This document shows positions 23,901-38,400 of a DNA stretch of 64,000 nucleotides, piece after piece. The position numbers and the translations under genes were made by a program. How positions within the stretch are numbered: position 1 is the first letter of the stretch; each line of letters opens with the position of its first letter. The stretch covers positions 2,046,001 to 2,110,000 of the forward strand of contig OZ059900.1 in assembly GCA_964057225.1 (NCBI GenBank), read 5' to 3'. Below the pieces are notes generated by a model. The model was not told the DNA's origin. It was given only the letters and a program-made list of their open reading frames with translations, and made no database searches. Source of the stretch: Auanema rhodensis. Its lineage: Eukaryota; Animalia; Nematoda.

Positions 23901-26900
23901 CACTGAATTTCACTCAAATAGCTTTACTACACTAAGTATGGTCGTTTTTATGCCTTTAACACCATATACTCAACGATTTTTGGTACAAAATCTGTAATAC
24001 TCGTAAATTTTGATCATATTCGTTAAGATTTGAGAATCAAACATACAATACACAAAATCAGTCTATTTTTATGAGCTTGCACTGATATATATTCATTTTG
24101 ATCAAAAAAGGTCGAAAATAGAAAGAATTTTTGAAATTTCCGAGTTTTTAGTCTAATTTGGCTAAATCGCTCATATACATGATCAGAAGCATAGTTTTAT
24201 TGTCTATGACAACAAAAGTCTTCAAATATACACTAATAATGTGTAAATCACTGAATTTCACTCAAATAGCTTTACTACACTAAGTATGGTCGTTTTTATG
24301 CCTTTAACACCATATACTCAACGATTTTTGGTACAAAATCTGTGATACTCGTAAATTTTGATCATATTCGGTGAGATTCGAGAATCAAACATACAATACA
24401 CAAAATCAGTCTATTTTTATGAGCTTGCACTGATATATATTCATTTTGATCAAAAAAGGTCGAAAATAGAAAGAATTTTTGAAATTTACGAGTTTTGAGT
24501 CTAATTTGGCTAAATCGCTCATATATATGATCAGAAGCATAGTTTTACTGTCTATGATAACAAAAGTCTTCAAATATACACTAATAATGATTAAATCACT
24601 GAATTTCACTCAAATAGCATTACTACACTAAGTATGGTCGTTTTTATGCCTTTAACACCATATACTCACCGATTTTTGGTACAAAATCTGTGATACTCGT
24701 AAATTTTGATCATATTCGGTGAGATTCGAGAATCAAACACACAATACACGAAATAAGTTTATTTTTACGAGTTTGCACTGATATTTATTCATTTTGATCA
24801 AAAAAGGTCGAAAATAGAAAGAATTTTTGAAATTTCCGAGTTTTGAGTCTAATTTGGCTAAATCGCTCATATATATGATCAAAAGCATAGTTTTACTGTC
24901 TATGATAACAAAAGTCTTCAAATATACACTAATAATGTGTAAATCACTGAATTTCACTCAAATGCATTACTACACTAAGTATGGTCGTTTTTATGCCTTT
25001 AACACCATATACTCACCGATTTTTGGTACAAAATCTGTAATACTTGTAAATTTTGATCATATTCGTTAAGATTCGAGAATCAAACACACAATACACGAAA
25101 TAAGTTTATTTTTACGAGTTTGCACTGATATTTATTCATTTTGATCAAAAAAGGTCGAAAATAGAAAGAATTTTTGAAATTTCCGAGTTTTGAGTCTAAT
25201 TTGGCTAAATCGCTCATATATATGATCAAAAGCATAGTTTTATTGTCTATAACAACAAAAGTCATCAATTAAACGCTAGTGATGTTTAAATACTGAATTT
25301 CGCTCAAATAGCATTACTACACTAAGTATGGTCGTTTTTATGCCTTTAACACCATATACTCACCGATTTTTGGTACAAAATCTGTAATACTCGTAAATTT
25401 TGATCATATTCGTTAAGATTTGAGAATCAAACATACAATACACAAAATCAGTCTATTTTTATGAGCTTGCACTGATATATATTCATTTTGATCAAAAAAG
25501 GTCGAAAATAGAAAGAATTTTTGAAATTTCCGAGTTTTGAGTCTAATTTGGCTAAATCGCTCATATATATGATCAAAAGCATAGTTTTACTGTCTATGAT
25601 AACAAAAGTCTTCAAATATACACTAATAATGTGTAAATCACTGAATTTCACTCAAATAGCTTTACTACACTAAGTATGGTCGTTTTTATGCCTTTAACAC
25701 CATATACTCAACGATTTTTGGTACAAAATCTGTAATACTCGTAAATTTTGATCATATTTGGTGAGATTCGAGAATCAAACACACAATACACGAAATAAGT
25801 TTATTTTTACGAGTTTGCACTGATATTTATTCATTTTGATCAAAAAAGGTCGAAAATAGAAAGAATTTTTGAAATTTCCGAGTTTTGAGTCTAATTTGGC
25901 TAAATCGCTCATATATATGATCAAAAGCATAGTTTTATTGTCTATGACAACAAAAGTCATCAATTAAACGCTAGTGATGTTTAAATACTGAATTTCGCTC
26001 AAATAGCATTACTGCACTAAGTATGGTCGTTTTTATGCCTTTAACACCATATACTCACCGATTTTTGGTACAAAATCTGTGATACTCGTAAATTTTGATC
26101 ATATTCGGTGAGATTCGAGGATCGAACACACAATACACGAAATAAGTTTATTTTGACGAGTTTGCACTGATATTTATTCTTTTTGATCAAAAAAGGTCGA
26201 AAATAGAAAGAATTTTTGAATTTTCCGAGTTTTGAGTCCAATTGGGCTAAATCGCTCATATATATGATCAAAAGCATAGTTTTATTGTCTATAACAACAA
26301 AAGTCATCAATTAAACGCTAGTGATGTTTAAATACTGAATTTCACTCAAATAGCATTACTACACTAAGTATGGTCGTTTTTATGCCTTTAACACCATATA
26401 CTCACCGATTTTTGGTACAAAATCTGTGATACTCGTAAATTTTGATCATATTCGGTGAGATTCGAGAATCAAACACACAATACACGAAATAAGTTTATTT
26501 TTACGAGTTTGCACTGATATTTATTCATTTTGATCAAAAAAGGTCGAAAATAGAAAGAATTTTTGAAATTTCCGAGTTTTGAGTCTAATTTGGCTAAATC
26601 GCTCATATATATGATCAAAAGCATAGTTTTTTTGTCTATGACAACAAAAGTCATCAATTAAACGCTAGTGATGTTTAAATACTGAATTTCGCTCAAATAG
26701 CATTACTACACTAAGTATGGTCGTTTTTATGCCTTTAACACCATATACTCACCGATTTTTGGTACAAAATCTGTAATACTCGTAAATTTTGATCATATTC
26801 GTTAAGATTTGAGAATCAAACATACAATACACAAAATCAGTCTATTTTTATGAGCTTGCACTGATATATATTCATTTTGATCAAAAAAGGTCGAAAATAG

Positions 26901-27119
26901 AAAGAATTTTTGAAATTTACGAGTTTTGAATCTAATTTGGCTAAATCGCTCATATATATGATCAAAAGCATAGTTTTACTGTCTATGATAACAAAAGTCT
27001 TCAAATATACACTAATAATGATTAAATCACTGAATTTCACTCAAATAGCATTACTACACTAAGTATGGTCGTTTTCATGCCTTTAACACCATATACTCAC
27101 CGATTTTTGGTACAAAATC

Positions 27120-29203
27120 TGTGATACTCGTAAATTTTGATCATATTCGGTGAGATTCGAGAATCAAACACACAATACACGAAATGAGTTTATTTTTACG
27201 AGTTTGCACTGATATTTATTCATTTTGATCAAAAAAGGTCGAAAATAGAAAGAATTTTTGAAATTTCCGAGTTTTGAGTCTAATTTGGCTAAATCGCTCA
27301 TATATATGATCAAAAGCATAGTTTTATTGTCTATGACAACAAAAGTCATCAATTAAACGCTAGTGATGTTTAAATACTTAATTTCGCTCAAATAGCATTA
27401 CTACACTAAGTATGGTCGTTTTTATGCCTTTAACACCATATACTCACCGATTTTTGGTACAAAATCTGTGATACTCGTAAATTTTGATCATATTCGGTGA
27501 GATTCGAGAATCAAACACACAATACACGAAATAAGTTTATTTTGACGAGTTTGCACTGATATTTATTCTTTTTGATCAAAAAAGGTCGAAAATAGAAAGA
27601 ATTTTTGAAATTTCCGAGTTTTGAGTCTAATTTGGCTAAATCGCTCATATATATGATCAAAAGCATAGTTTTACTGTCTATGATAACAAAAGTCTTCAAA
27701 TATACACTAATAATGATTAAATCACTGAATTTCACTCAAATAGCATTACTACACTAAGTATGGTCGTTTTCATGCCTTTAACACCATATACTCACCGATT
27801 TTTGGTACAAAATCTGTGATACTCGTAAATTTTGATCATATTTGGTGAGATTCGAGAATCAAACACACAATACACGAAATAAGTCTATTTTTACGAGTTT
27901 GCACTGATATTTATTCATTTTGATCAAAAAAGGTCGAAAATAGAAAGAATTTTTGAAATTTCCGAGTTTTGAGTCTAATTTGGCTAAATCGCTCATATAT
28001 ATGATCAAAAGCATAGTTTTATTGTCTATGACAACAAAAGTCATCAATTAAACGCTAGTGATGTTTAAATACTGAATTTCGCTCAAATAGCATTACTGCA
28101 CTAAGTATGGTCGTTTTTATGCCTTTAACACCATATACTCACCGATTTTTGGTACAAAATCTGTGATACTCGTAAATTTTGATCATATTCGGTGAGATTC
28201 GAGAATCAAACACACAATACACGAAATGAGTTTATTTTTACGAGTTTGCACTGATATTTATTCATTTTGATCAAAAAAGGTCGAAAATAGAAAGAATTTT
28301 TGAAATTTCCGAGTTTTGAGTCTAATTTGGCTAAATCGCTCATATATATGATCAAAAGCATAGTTTTATTGTCTATGACAACAAAAGTCATCAATTAAAC
28401 GCTAGTGATGTTTAAATACTTAATTTCGCTCAAATAGCATTACTACACTAAGTATGGTCGTTTTTATGCCTTTAACACCATATACTCACCGATTTTTGGT
28501 ACAAAATCTGTGATACTCGTAAATTTTGATCATATTCGGTGAGATTCGAGAATCAAACACACAATACACGAAATAAGTTTATTTTGACGAGTTTGCACTG
28601 ATATTTATTCTTTTTGATCAAAAAAGGTCGAAAATAGAAAGAATTTTTGAAATTTCCGAGTTTTGAGTCTAATTTGGCTAAATCGCTCATATATATGATC
28701 AAAAGCATAGTTTTACTGTCTATGATAACAAAAGTCTTCAAATATACACTAATAATGATTAAATCACTGAATTTCACTCAAATAGCATTACTACACTAAG
28801 TATGGTCGTTTTCATGCCTTTAACACCATATACTCACCGATTTTTGGTACAAAATCTGTGATACTCGTAAATTTTGATCATATTTGGTGAGATTCGAGAA
28901 TCAAACACACAATACACGAAATAAGTCTATTTTTACGAGTTTGCACTGATATTTATTCATTTTGATCAAAAAAGGTCGAAAATAGAAAGAATTTTTGAAA
29001 TTTCCGAGTTTTGAGTCTAATTTGGCTAAATCGCTCATATATATGATCAAAAGCATAGTTTTATTGTCTATGACAACAAAAGTCATCAATTAAACGCTAG
29101 TGATGTTTAAATACTGAATTTCGCTCAAATAGCATTACTGCACTAAGTATGGTCGTTTTTATGCCTTTAACACCATATACTCACCGATTTTTGGTACAAA
29201 ATC
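27120..29203. repeat. Higher-order tandem duplication of 3 monomers (1042 bp), boundaries approximate
   Basis: Variant monomers pair at +1042 (27164/28206, 27511/28553, 27859/28901). The ACTGCACT SNP occurs at 28098 and 29140. Confidence 0.85.
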
Positions 29204-32200
29204 TGTGATACTCGTAAATTTTGATCATATTCGGTGAGATTCGAGGATCGAACACACAATACACGAAATAAGTTTATTTTGACGAGTTTGCACTGATATT
29301 TATTCTTTTTGATCAAAAAAGGTCGAAAATAGAAAGAATTTTTGAATTTTCCGAGTTTTGAGTCCAATTGGGCTAAATCGCTCATATATATGATCAAAAG
29401 CATAGTTTTATTGTCTATAACAACAAAAGTCATCAATTAAACGCTAGTGATGTTTAAATACTGAATTTCACTCAAATAGCATTACTACACTAAGTATGGT
29501 CGTTTTTATGCCTTTAACACCATATACTCACCGATTTTTGGTACAAAATCTGTGATACTCGTAAATTTTGATCATATTCGGTGAGATTCGAGAATCAAAC
29601 ACACAATACACGAAATAAGTTTATTTTTACGAGTTTGCACTGATATTTATTCATTTTGATCAAAAAAGGTCGAAAATAGAAAGAATTTTTGAAATTTCCG
29701 AGTTTTGAGTCTAATTTGGCTAAATCGCTCATATATATGATCAAAAGCATAGTTTTTTTGTCTATGACAACAAAAGTCATCAATTAAACGCTAGTGATGT
29801 TTAAATACTGAATTTCGCTCAAATAGCATTACTACACTAAGTATGGTCGTTTTTATGCCTTTAACACCATATACTCACCGATTTTTGGTACAAAATCTGT
29901 AATACTCGTAAATTTTGATCATATTCGTTAAGATTTGAGAATCAAACATACAATACACAAAATCAGTCTATTTTTATGAGCTTGCACTGATATATATTCA
30001 TTCTGATCAAAAAAGGTCGAAAATAGAAAGAATTTTTGAAATTTACGAGTTTTGAATCTAATTTGGCTAAATCGCTCATATATATGATCAAAAGCATAGT
30101 TTTACTGTCTATGATAACAAAAGTCTTCAAATATACACTAATAATGATTAAATCACTGAATTTCACTCAAATAGCATTACTACACTAAGTATGGTCGTTT
30201 TCATGCCTTTAACACCATATACTCACCGATTTTTGGTACAAAATCTGTGATACTCGTAAATTTTGATCATATTCGGTGAGATTCGAGAATCAAACACACA
30301 ATACACGAAATGAGTTTATTTTTACGAGTTTGCACTGATATTTATTCATTTTGATCAAAAAAGGTCGAAAATAGAAAGAATTTTTGAAATTTCCGAGTTT
30401 TGAGTCTAATTTGGCTAAATCGCTCATATACATGATCAGAAGCATAGTTTTATTGTCTATGACAACAAAAGTCATCAATTAAACGCTAGTGATGTTTAAA
30501 TACTGATTTTCGCTCAAATAGCATTACTACACTAAGTATGGTCGTTTTTATGCCTTTAACACCATATACTCACCGATTTTTGGTACAAAATCTGTAATAC
30601 TCGTAAATTTTGATCATATTCGTTAAGATTTGAGAATCAAACATACAATACACAAAATCAGTCTATTTTTATGAGCTTGCACTGATATATATTCATTTTG
30701 ATCAAAAAAGGTCGAAAATAGAAAGAATTTTTGAAATTTACGAGTTTTGAATCTAATTTGGCTAAATCGCTCATATATATGATCAAAAGCATAGTTTTAC
30801 TGTCTATGATAACAAAAGTCTTCAAATATACACTAATAATGATTAAATCACTGAATTTCACTCAAATAGCATTACTACACTAAGTATGGTCGTTTTTATG
30901 CCTTTAACACCATATACTCACCGATTTTTGGTACAAAATCTGTAATACTTGTAAATTTTGATCATATTCGTTAAGATTCGAGAATCAAACACACAATACA
31001 CGAAATAAGTTTATTTTTACGAGTTTGCACTGATATTTATTCATTTTGATCAAAAAAGGTCGAAAATAGAAAGAATTTTTGAAATTTCCGAGTTTTGAGT
31101 CTAATTTGGCTAAATCGCTCATATACATGATCAGAAGCATAGTTTTATTGTCTATGACAACAAAAGTCATCAATTAAACGCTAGTGATGTTTAAATACTG
31201 ATTTTCGCTCAAATAGCATTACTACACTAAGTATGGTCGTTTTTATGCCTTTAACACCATACACTCACCGATTTTTGGTACAAAATCTGTAATACTCGTA
31301 AATTTTGATCATATTCGTTAAGATTTGAAAATCAAACACACAATAAACAAAATCAGTCTATTTTTATGAGTTTGCACTGATATATATTCATTTTGATCAA
31401 AAAAGGTCGAAAATAGAAAGAATTTTCGAATTTTCCGAGTTTTGAGTCTAATTTGGCTAAATCGCTCATATATATGATCAGAAGCATAGTTTTATTGTAT
31501 ATGACAACAAAAGTCATTAGGTAAACACTAATGATGTTTAAATCACTAAATTTCGCTCAAATAGCATTACTACACTAAGTATGTTCGTTTTTATGCCTTT
31601 AACACCATATACTCACCGATTTTTGGTACAAAATCTGTAATACTTGTAAATTTTGATCATATTCGTTAAGATTCGAGAATCAAACAATCAAATACACGAA
31701 ATAAGTCTATTTTTATGAGTTTGCACTGATATTTATTCATTTTGATCAAAAAAGGTCGAAAATAGAAAGAATTTTTGAATTTTCCGAGTTTTGAGTCCAA
31801 TTGGGCTAAATCGCTCATATATATGATCAAAAGCATAGTTTTACTGTCTATGATAACAAAAGTCTTCAAATATACATTAATGATGTGTAAATCACTGAAT
31901 TTCACTCAAATAGCTTTACTACACTAAGTATGGTCGTTTTTATGCCTTTAACACCATATACTCACCGATTTTTGGTACAAAATCTGTAATACTCGTAAAT
32001 TTTGATCATATTCGTTAAAATTTGAGAATCAAACATACAATACACAAAATCAGTCTATTTTTATGAGCTTGCACTGATATATATTCATTTTGATCAAAAA
32101 AGGTCGAAAATAGAAAGAATTTTTGAAATTTCCGAGTTTTGAGTCTAATTTGGCTAAATCGCTCATATATATGATCAAAAGCATAGTTTTACTGTCTATG

Positions 32201-35200
32201 ATAACAAAAGTCTTCAAATATACACTAATAATGTGTAAATCACTGAATTTCACTCAAATAGCTTTACTACACTAAGTATGGTCGTTTTTATGCCTTTAAC
32301 ACCATATACTCACCGATTTTTGGTACAAAATCTGTAATACTCGTAAATTTCGATCATATTCGTTAAGATTCGAGAATCAAACACACAATACACGAAATAA
32401 GTTTATTTTTACCAGTTTGCACTGATATTTATTCATTTTGATCAAAAAAGGTCGAAAATAGAAAGAATTTTTGAATTTTCCGAGTTTTTAGTCTAATTTG
32501 GCTAAATCGCTCATATACATGATCAGAAGCATAGTTTTATTGTATATGACAACAAAAGTCATTAGGTAAACACTAATGATGTTTAAATCACTAAATTTCG
32601 CTCAAATAGCACTACTACACTAAGTATGGTCGTTTTTATGCCTTTAACACCATATACTCACCGATTTTTGGTACAAAATCTGTAATACTTGTAAATTTTG
32701 ATCATATTCGTTAAGATTTGAGAATCAAACATACAATACACAAAATCAGTCTATTTTTATGAGCTTGCACTGATATATATTCATTTTGATCAAAAAAGGT
32801 CGAAAATAGAAAGCATTTTTGAAATTTCCGAGTTTTGAGTCTAATTTGGCTAAATCGCTCATATATATGATCAAAAGCATAGTTTTACTGTCTATGATAA
32901 CAAAAGTCTTCAAATATACACTAATAATGTGTAAATCACTGAATTTCACTCAAATAGCTTTACTACACTAAGTATGGTCGTTTTTATGCCTTTAACACCA
33001 TATACTCAACGATTTTTGGTACAAAATCTGTAATACTCGTAAATTTTGATCATATTCGTTAAGATTTGAGAATCAAACATACAATACACAAAATCAGTCT
33101 ATTTTTATGAGCTTGCACTGATATATATTCATTTTGATCAAAAAAGGTCGAAAATAGAAAGAATTTTTGAAATTTCCGAGTTTTTAGTCTAATTTGGCTA
33201 AATCGCTCATATACATGATCAGAAGCATAGTTTTATTGTCTATGACAACAAAAGTCTTCAAATATACACTAATAATGTGTAAATCACTGAATTTCACTCA
33301 AATAGCTTTACTACACTAAGTATGGTCGTTTTTATGCCTTTAACACCATATACTCAACGATTTTTGGTACAAAATCTGTAATACTCGTAAATTTTGATCA
33401 TATTCGTTAAGATTTGAGAATCAAACATACAATACACAAAATCAGTCTATTTTTATGAGCTTGCACTGATATATATTCATTTTGATCAAAAAAGGTCGAA
33501 AATAGAAAAAATTTTTGAAATTTCCGAGTTTTGAGTCTAATTTGGCTAAATCGCTCATATATATGATCAAAAGCATAGTTTTATTGTCTATGACAACAAA
33601 AGTCATCAATTAAACGCTAGTGATGTTTAAATACTGAATTTCGCTCAAATAGCATTACTACACTAAGTATGGTCGTTTTTATGCCTTTAACACCATATAC
33701 TCACCGATTTTTGGTACAAAATCTGTGATACTCGTAAATTTTGATCATATTCGGTGAGATTCGAGGATCGAACACACAATACACGAAATGAGTTTATTTT
33801 GACGAGTTTGCACTGATATTTATTCATTTTGATCAAAAAAGGTCGAAAATAGAAAGAATTTTTGAAATTTCCGAGTTTTGAGTCTAATTTGGCTAAATCG
33901 CTCATATACATGATCAGAAGCATAGTTTTATTGTCTATGACAACAAAAGTCATCAATTAAACGCTAGTGATGTTTAAATACTGATTTTCGCTCAAATAGC
34001 ATTACTACACTAAGTATGGTCGTTTTTATGCCTTTAACACCATATACTCACCGATTTTTGGTACAAAATCTGTAATACTCGTAAATTTTGATCATATTCG
34101 TTAAGATTTGAAAATCAAACACACAATAAACAAAATCAGTCTATTTTTATGAGCTTGCACTGATATATATTCATTTTGATCAAAAAAGGTCGAAAATAGA
34201 AAGAATTTTTGAAATTTACGAGTTTTGAGTCTAATTTGGCTAAATCGCTCATATATATGATCAAAAGCATAGTTTTACTGTCTATGATAACAAAAGTCTT
34301 CAAATATACACTAATAATGTGTAAATCACTGAATTTCACTCAAATGCATTACTACACTAAGTATGGTCGTTTTTATGCCTTTAACACCATATACTCACCG
34401 ATTTTTGGTACAAAATCTGTAATACTTGTAAATTTTGATCATATTCGTTAAGATTCGAGAATCAAACACACAATACACGAAATAAGTTTATTTTTACGAG
34501 TTTGCACTGATATTTATTCATTTTGATCAAAAAAGGTCGAAAATAGAAAGAATTTTTGAAATTTCCGAGTTTTGAGTCTAATTTGGCTAAATCGCTCATA
34601 TACATGATCAGAAGCATAGTTTTATTGTCTATGACAACAAAAGTCATCAATTAAACGCTAGTGATGTTTAAATACTGATTTTCGCTCAAATAGCATTACT
34701 ACACTAAGTATGGTCGTTTTTATGCCTTTAACACCATATACTCACCGATTTTTGGTACAAAATCTGTAATACTCGTAAATTTTGATCATATTCGTTAAGA
34801 TTTGAGAATCAAACACACAATAAACAAAATCAGTCTATTTTTATGAGCTTGCACTGATATATATTCATTTTGATCAAAAAAGGTCGAAAATAGAAAGAAT
34901 TTTTGAATTTTCCGAGTTTTGAGTCCAATTGGGCTAAATCGCTCATATATATGATCAAAAGCATAGTTTTATTGTCTATGACAACAAAAGTCATCAATTA
35001 AACGCTAGTGATGTTTAAATACTGAATTTCGCTCAAATAGCATTACTACACTAAGTATGGTCGTTTTTATGCCTTTAACACCATATACTCACCGATTTTT
35101 GGTACAAAATCTGTGATACTCGTAAATTTTGATCATATTCGGTGAGATTCGAGGATCGAACACACAATACACGAAATGAGTTTATTTTGACGAGTTTGCA

Positions 35201-35449
35201 CTGATATTTATTCATTTTGATCAAAAAAGGTCGAAAATAGAAAGAATTTTTGAAATTTCCGAGTTTTGAGTCTAATTTGGCTAAATCGCTCATATACATG
35301 ATCAGAAGCATAGTTTTATTGTCTATGACAACAAAAGTCATCAATTAAACGCTAGTGATGTTTAAATACTGATTTTCGCTCAAATAGCATTACTACACTA
35401 AGTATGGTCGTTTTTATGCCTTTAACACCATATACTCACCGATTTTTGG

Positions 35450-38400
35450 TACAAAATCTGTGATACTCGTAAATTTTGATCATATTCGGTGAGATTCGAG
35501 AATCAAACACACAATACACGAAATAAGTTTATTTTTACGAGTTTGCACTGATATTTATTCATTTTGATCAAAAAAGGTCGAAAATAGAAAGAATTTTTGA
35601 AATTTCCGAGTTTTGAGTCTAATTTGGCTAAATCGCTCATATATATGATCAAAAGCATAGTTTTATTGTCTATGACAACAAAAGTCATCAATTAAACGCT
35701 AGTGATGTTTAAATACTGAATTTCGCTCAAATAGCATTACTACACTAAGTATGGTCGTTTTTATGCCTTTAACACCATATACTCACCGATTTTTGGTACA
35801 AAATCTGTAATACTCGTAAATTTTGATCATATTCGTTAAGATTTGAGAATCAAACATACAATACACAAAATCAGTCTATTTTTATGAGCTTGCACTGATA
35901 TATATTCATTTTGATCAAAAAAGGTCGAAAATAGAAAGAATTTTTGAAATTTACGAGTTTTGAATCTAATTTGGCTAAATCGCTCATATATATGATCAAA
36001 AGCATAGTTTTACTGTCTATGATAACAAAAGTCTTCAAATATACACTAATAATGATTAAATCACTGAATTTCACTCAAATAGCATTACTACACTAAGTAT
36101 GGTCGTTTTCATGCCTTTAACACCATATACTCACCGATTTTTGGTACAAAATCTGTGATACTCGTAAATTTTGATCATATTCGGTGAGATTCGAGAATCA
36201 AACACACAATACACGAAATAAGTTTATTTTTACGAGTTTGCACTGATATTTATTCATTTTGATCAAAAAAGGTCGAAAATAGAAAGAATTTTTGAAATTT
36301 CCGAGTTTTGAGTCTAATTTGGCTAAATCGCTCATATATATGATCAAAAGCATAGTTTTATTGTCTATGACAACAAAAGTCATCAATTAAACGCTAGTGA
36401 TGTTTAAATACTGAATTTCGCTCAAATAGCATTACTACACTAAGTATGGTCGTTTTTATGCCTTTAACACCATATACTCACCGATTTTTGCTACAAAATC
36501 TGTGATACTCGTAAATTTTGATCATATTCGGTGAGATTCGAGGATCGAACACACAATACACGAAATAAGTTTATTTTGACGAGTTTGCACTGATATTTAT
36601 TCATTTTGATCAAAAAAGGTCGAAAATAGAAAGAATTTTTGAAATTTCCGAGTTTTGAGTCTAATTTGGCTAAATCGCTCATATACATGATCAGAAGCAT
36701 AGTTTTATTGTCTATGACAACAAAAGTCATCAATTAAACGCTAGTGATGTTTAAATACTGATTTTCGCTCAAATAGCATTACTACACTAAGTATGGTCGT
36801 TTTTATGCCTTTAACACCATATACTCACCGATTTTTGGTACAAAATCTGTAATACTCGTAAATTTTGATCATATTCGTTAAAATTTGAAAATCAAACACA
36901 CAATAAACAAAATCAGTCTATTTTTATGAGCTTGCACTGATATATATTCATTTTGATCAAAAAAGGTCGAAAATAGAAAGAATTTTTGAAATTTACGAGT
37001 TTTGAGTCTAATTTGGCTAAATCGCTCATATATATGATCAAAAGCATAGTTTTACTGTCTATGATAACAAAAGTCTTCAAATATACACTAATAATGTGTA
37101 AATCACTGAATTTCACTCAAATGCATTACTACACTAAGTATGGTCGTTTTTATGCCTTTAACACCATATACTCACCGATTTTTGGTACAAAATCTGTAAT
37201 ACTTGTAAATTTTGATCATATTCGTTAAGATTCGAGAATCAAACACACAATACACGAAATAAGTTTATTTTCACGAGTTTGCACTGATATTTATTCATTT
37301 TGATCAAAAAAGGTCGAAAATAGAAAGAATTTTTGAAATTTCCGAGTTTTGAGTCTAATTTGGCTAAATCGCTCATATACATGATCAGAAGCATAGTTTT
37401 ATTGTCTATGACAACAAAAGTCATCAATTAAACGCTAGTGATGTTTAAATACTGATTTTCGCTCAAATAGCATTACTACACTAAGTATGGTCGTTTTTAT
37501 GCCTTTAACACCATATACTCACCGATTTTTGGTACAAAATCTGTAATACTCGTAAATTTTGATCATATTCGGTGAGATTCGAGAATCAAACACACAATAC
37601 ACGAAATAAGTTTATTTTTACGAGTTTGCACTGATATTTATTCATTTTGATCAAAAAAGGTCGAAAATAGAAAGAATTTTTGAAATTTCCGAGTTTTGAG
37701 TCTAATTTGGCTAAATCGCTCATATATATGATCAAAAGCATAGTTTTATTGTCTATGACAACAAAAGTCATCAATTAAACGCTAGTGATGTTTAAATACT
37801 GAATTTCGCTCAAATAGCATTACTACACTAAGTATGGTCGTTTTTATGCCTTTAACACCATATACTCACCGATTTTTGGTACAAAATCTGTAATACTCGT
37901 AAATTTTGATCATATTCGTTAAGATTTGAGAATCAAACATACAATACACAAAATCAGTCTATTTTTATGAGCTTGCACTGATATATATTCATTTTGATCA
38001 AAAAAGGTCGAAAATAGAAAGAATTTTTGAAATTTCCGAGTTTTGAGTCTAATTTGGCTAAATCGCTCATATATATGATCAAAAGCATAGTTTTACTGTC
38101 TATGATAACAAAAGTCTTCAAATATACACTAATGATGTGTAAATCACTGAATTTCACTCAAATGCATTACTACACTAAGTATGGTCGTTTTTATGCCTTT
38201 AACACCATATACTCACCGATTTTTGGTACAAAATCTGTAATACTTGTAAATTTTGATCATATTCGTTAAGATTCGAGAATCAAACACACAATACACGAAA
38301 TAAGTTTATTTTTACGAGTTTGCACTGATATTTATTCATTTTGATCAAAAAAGGTCGAAAATAGAAAGAATTTTTGAAATTTCCGAGTTTTGAGTCTAAT

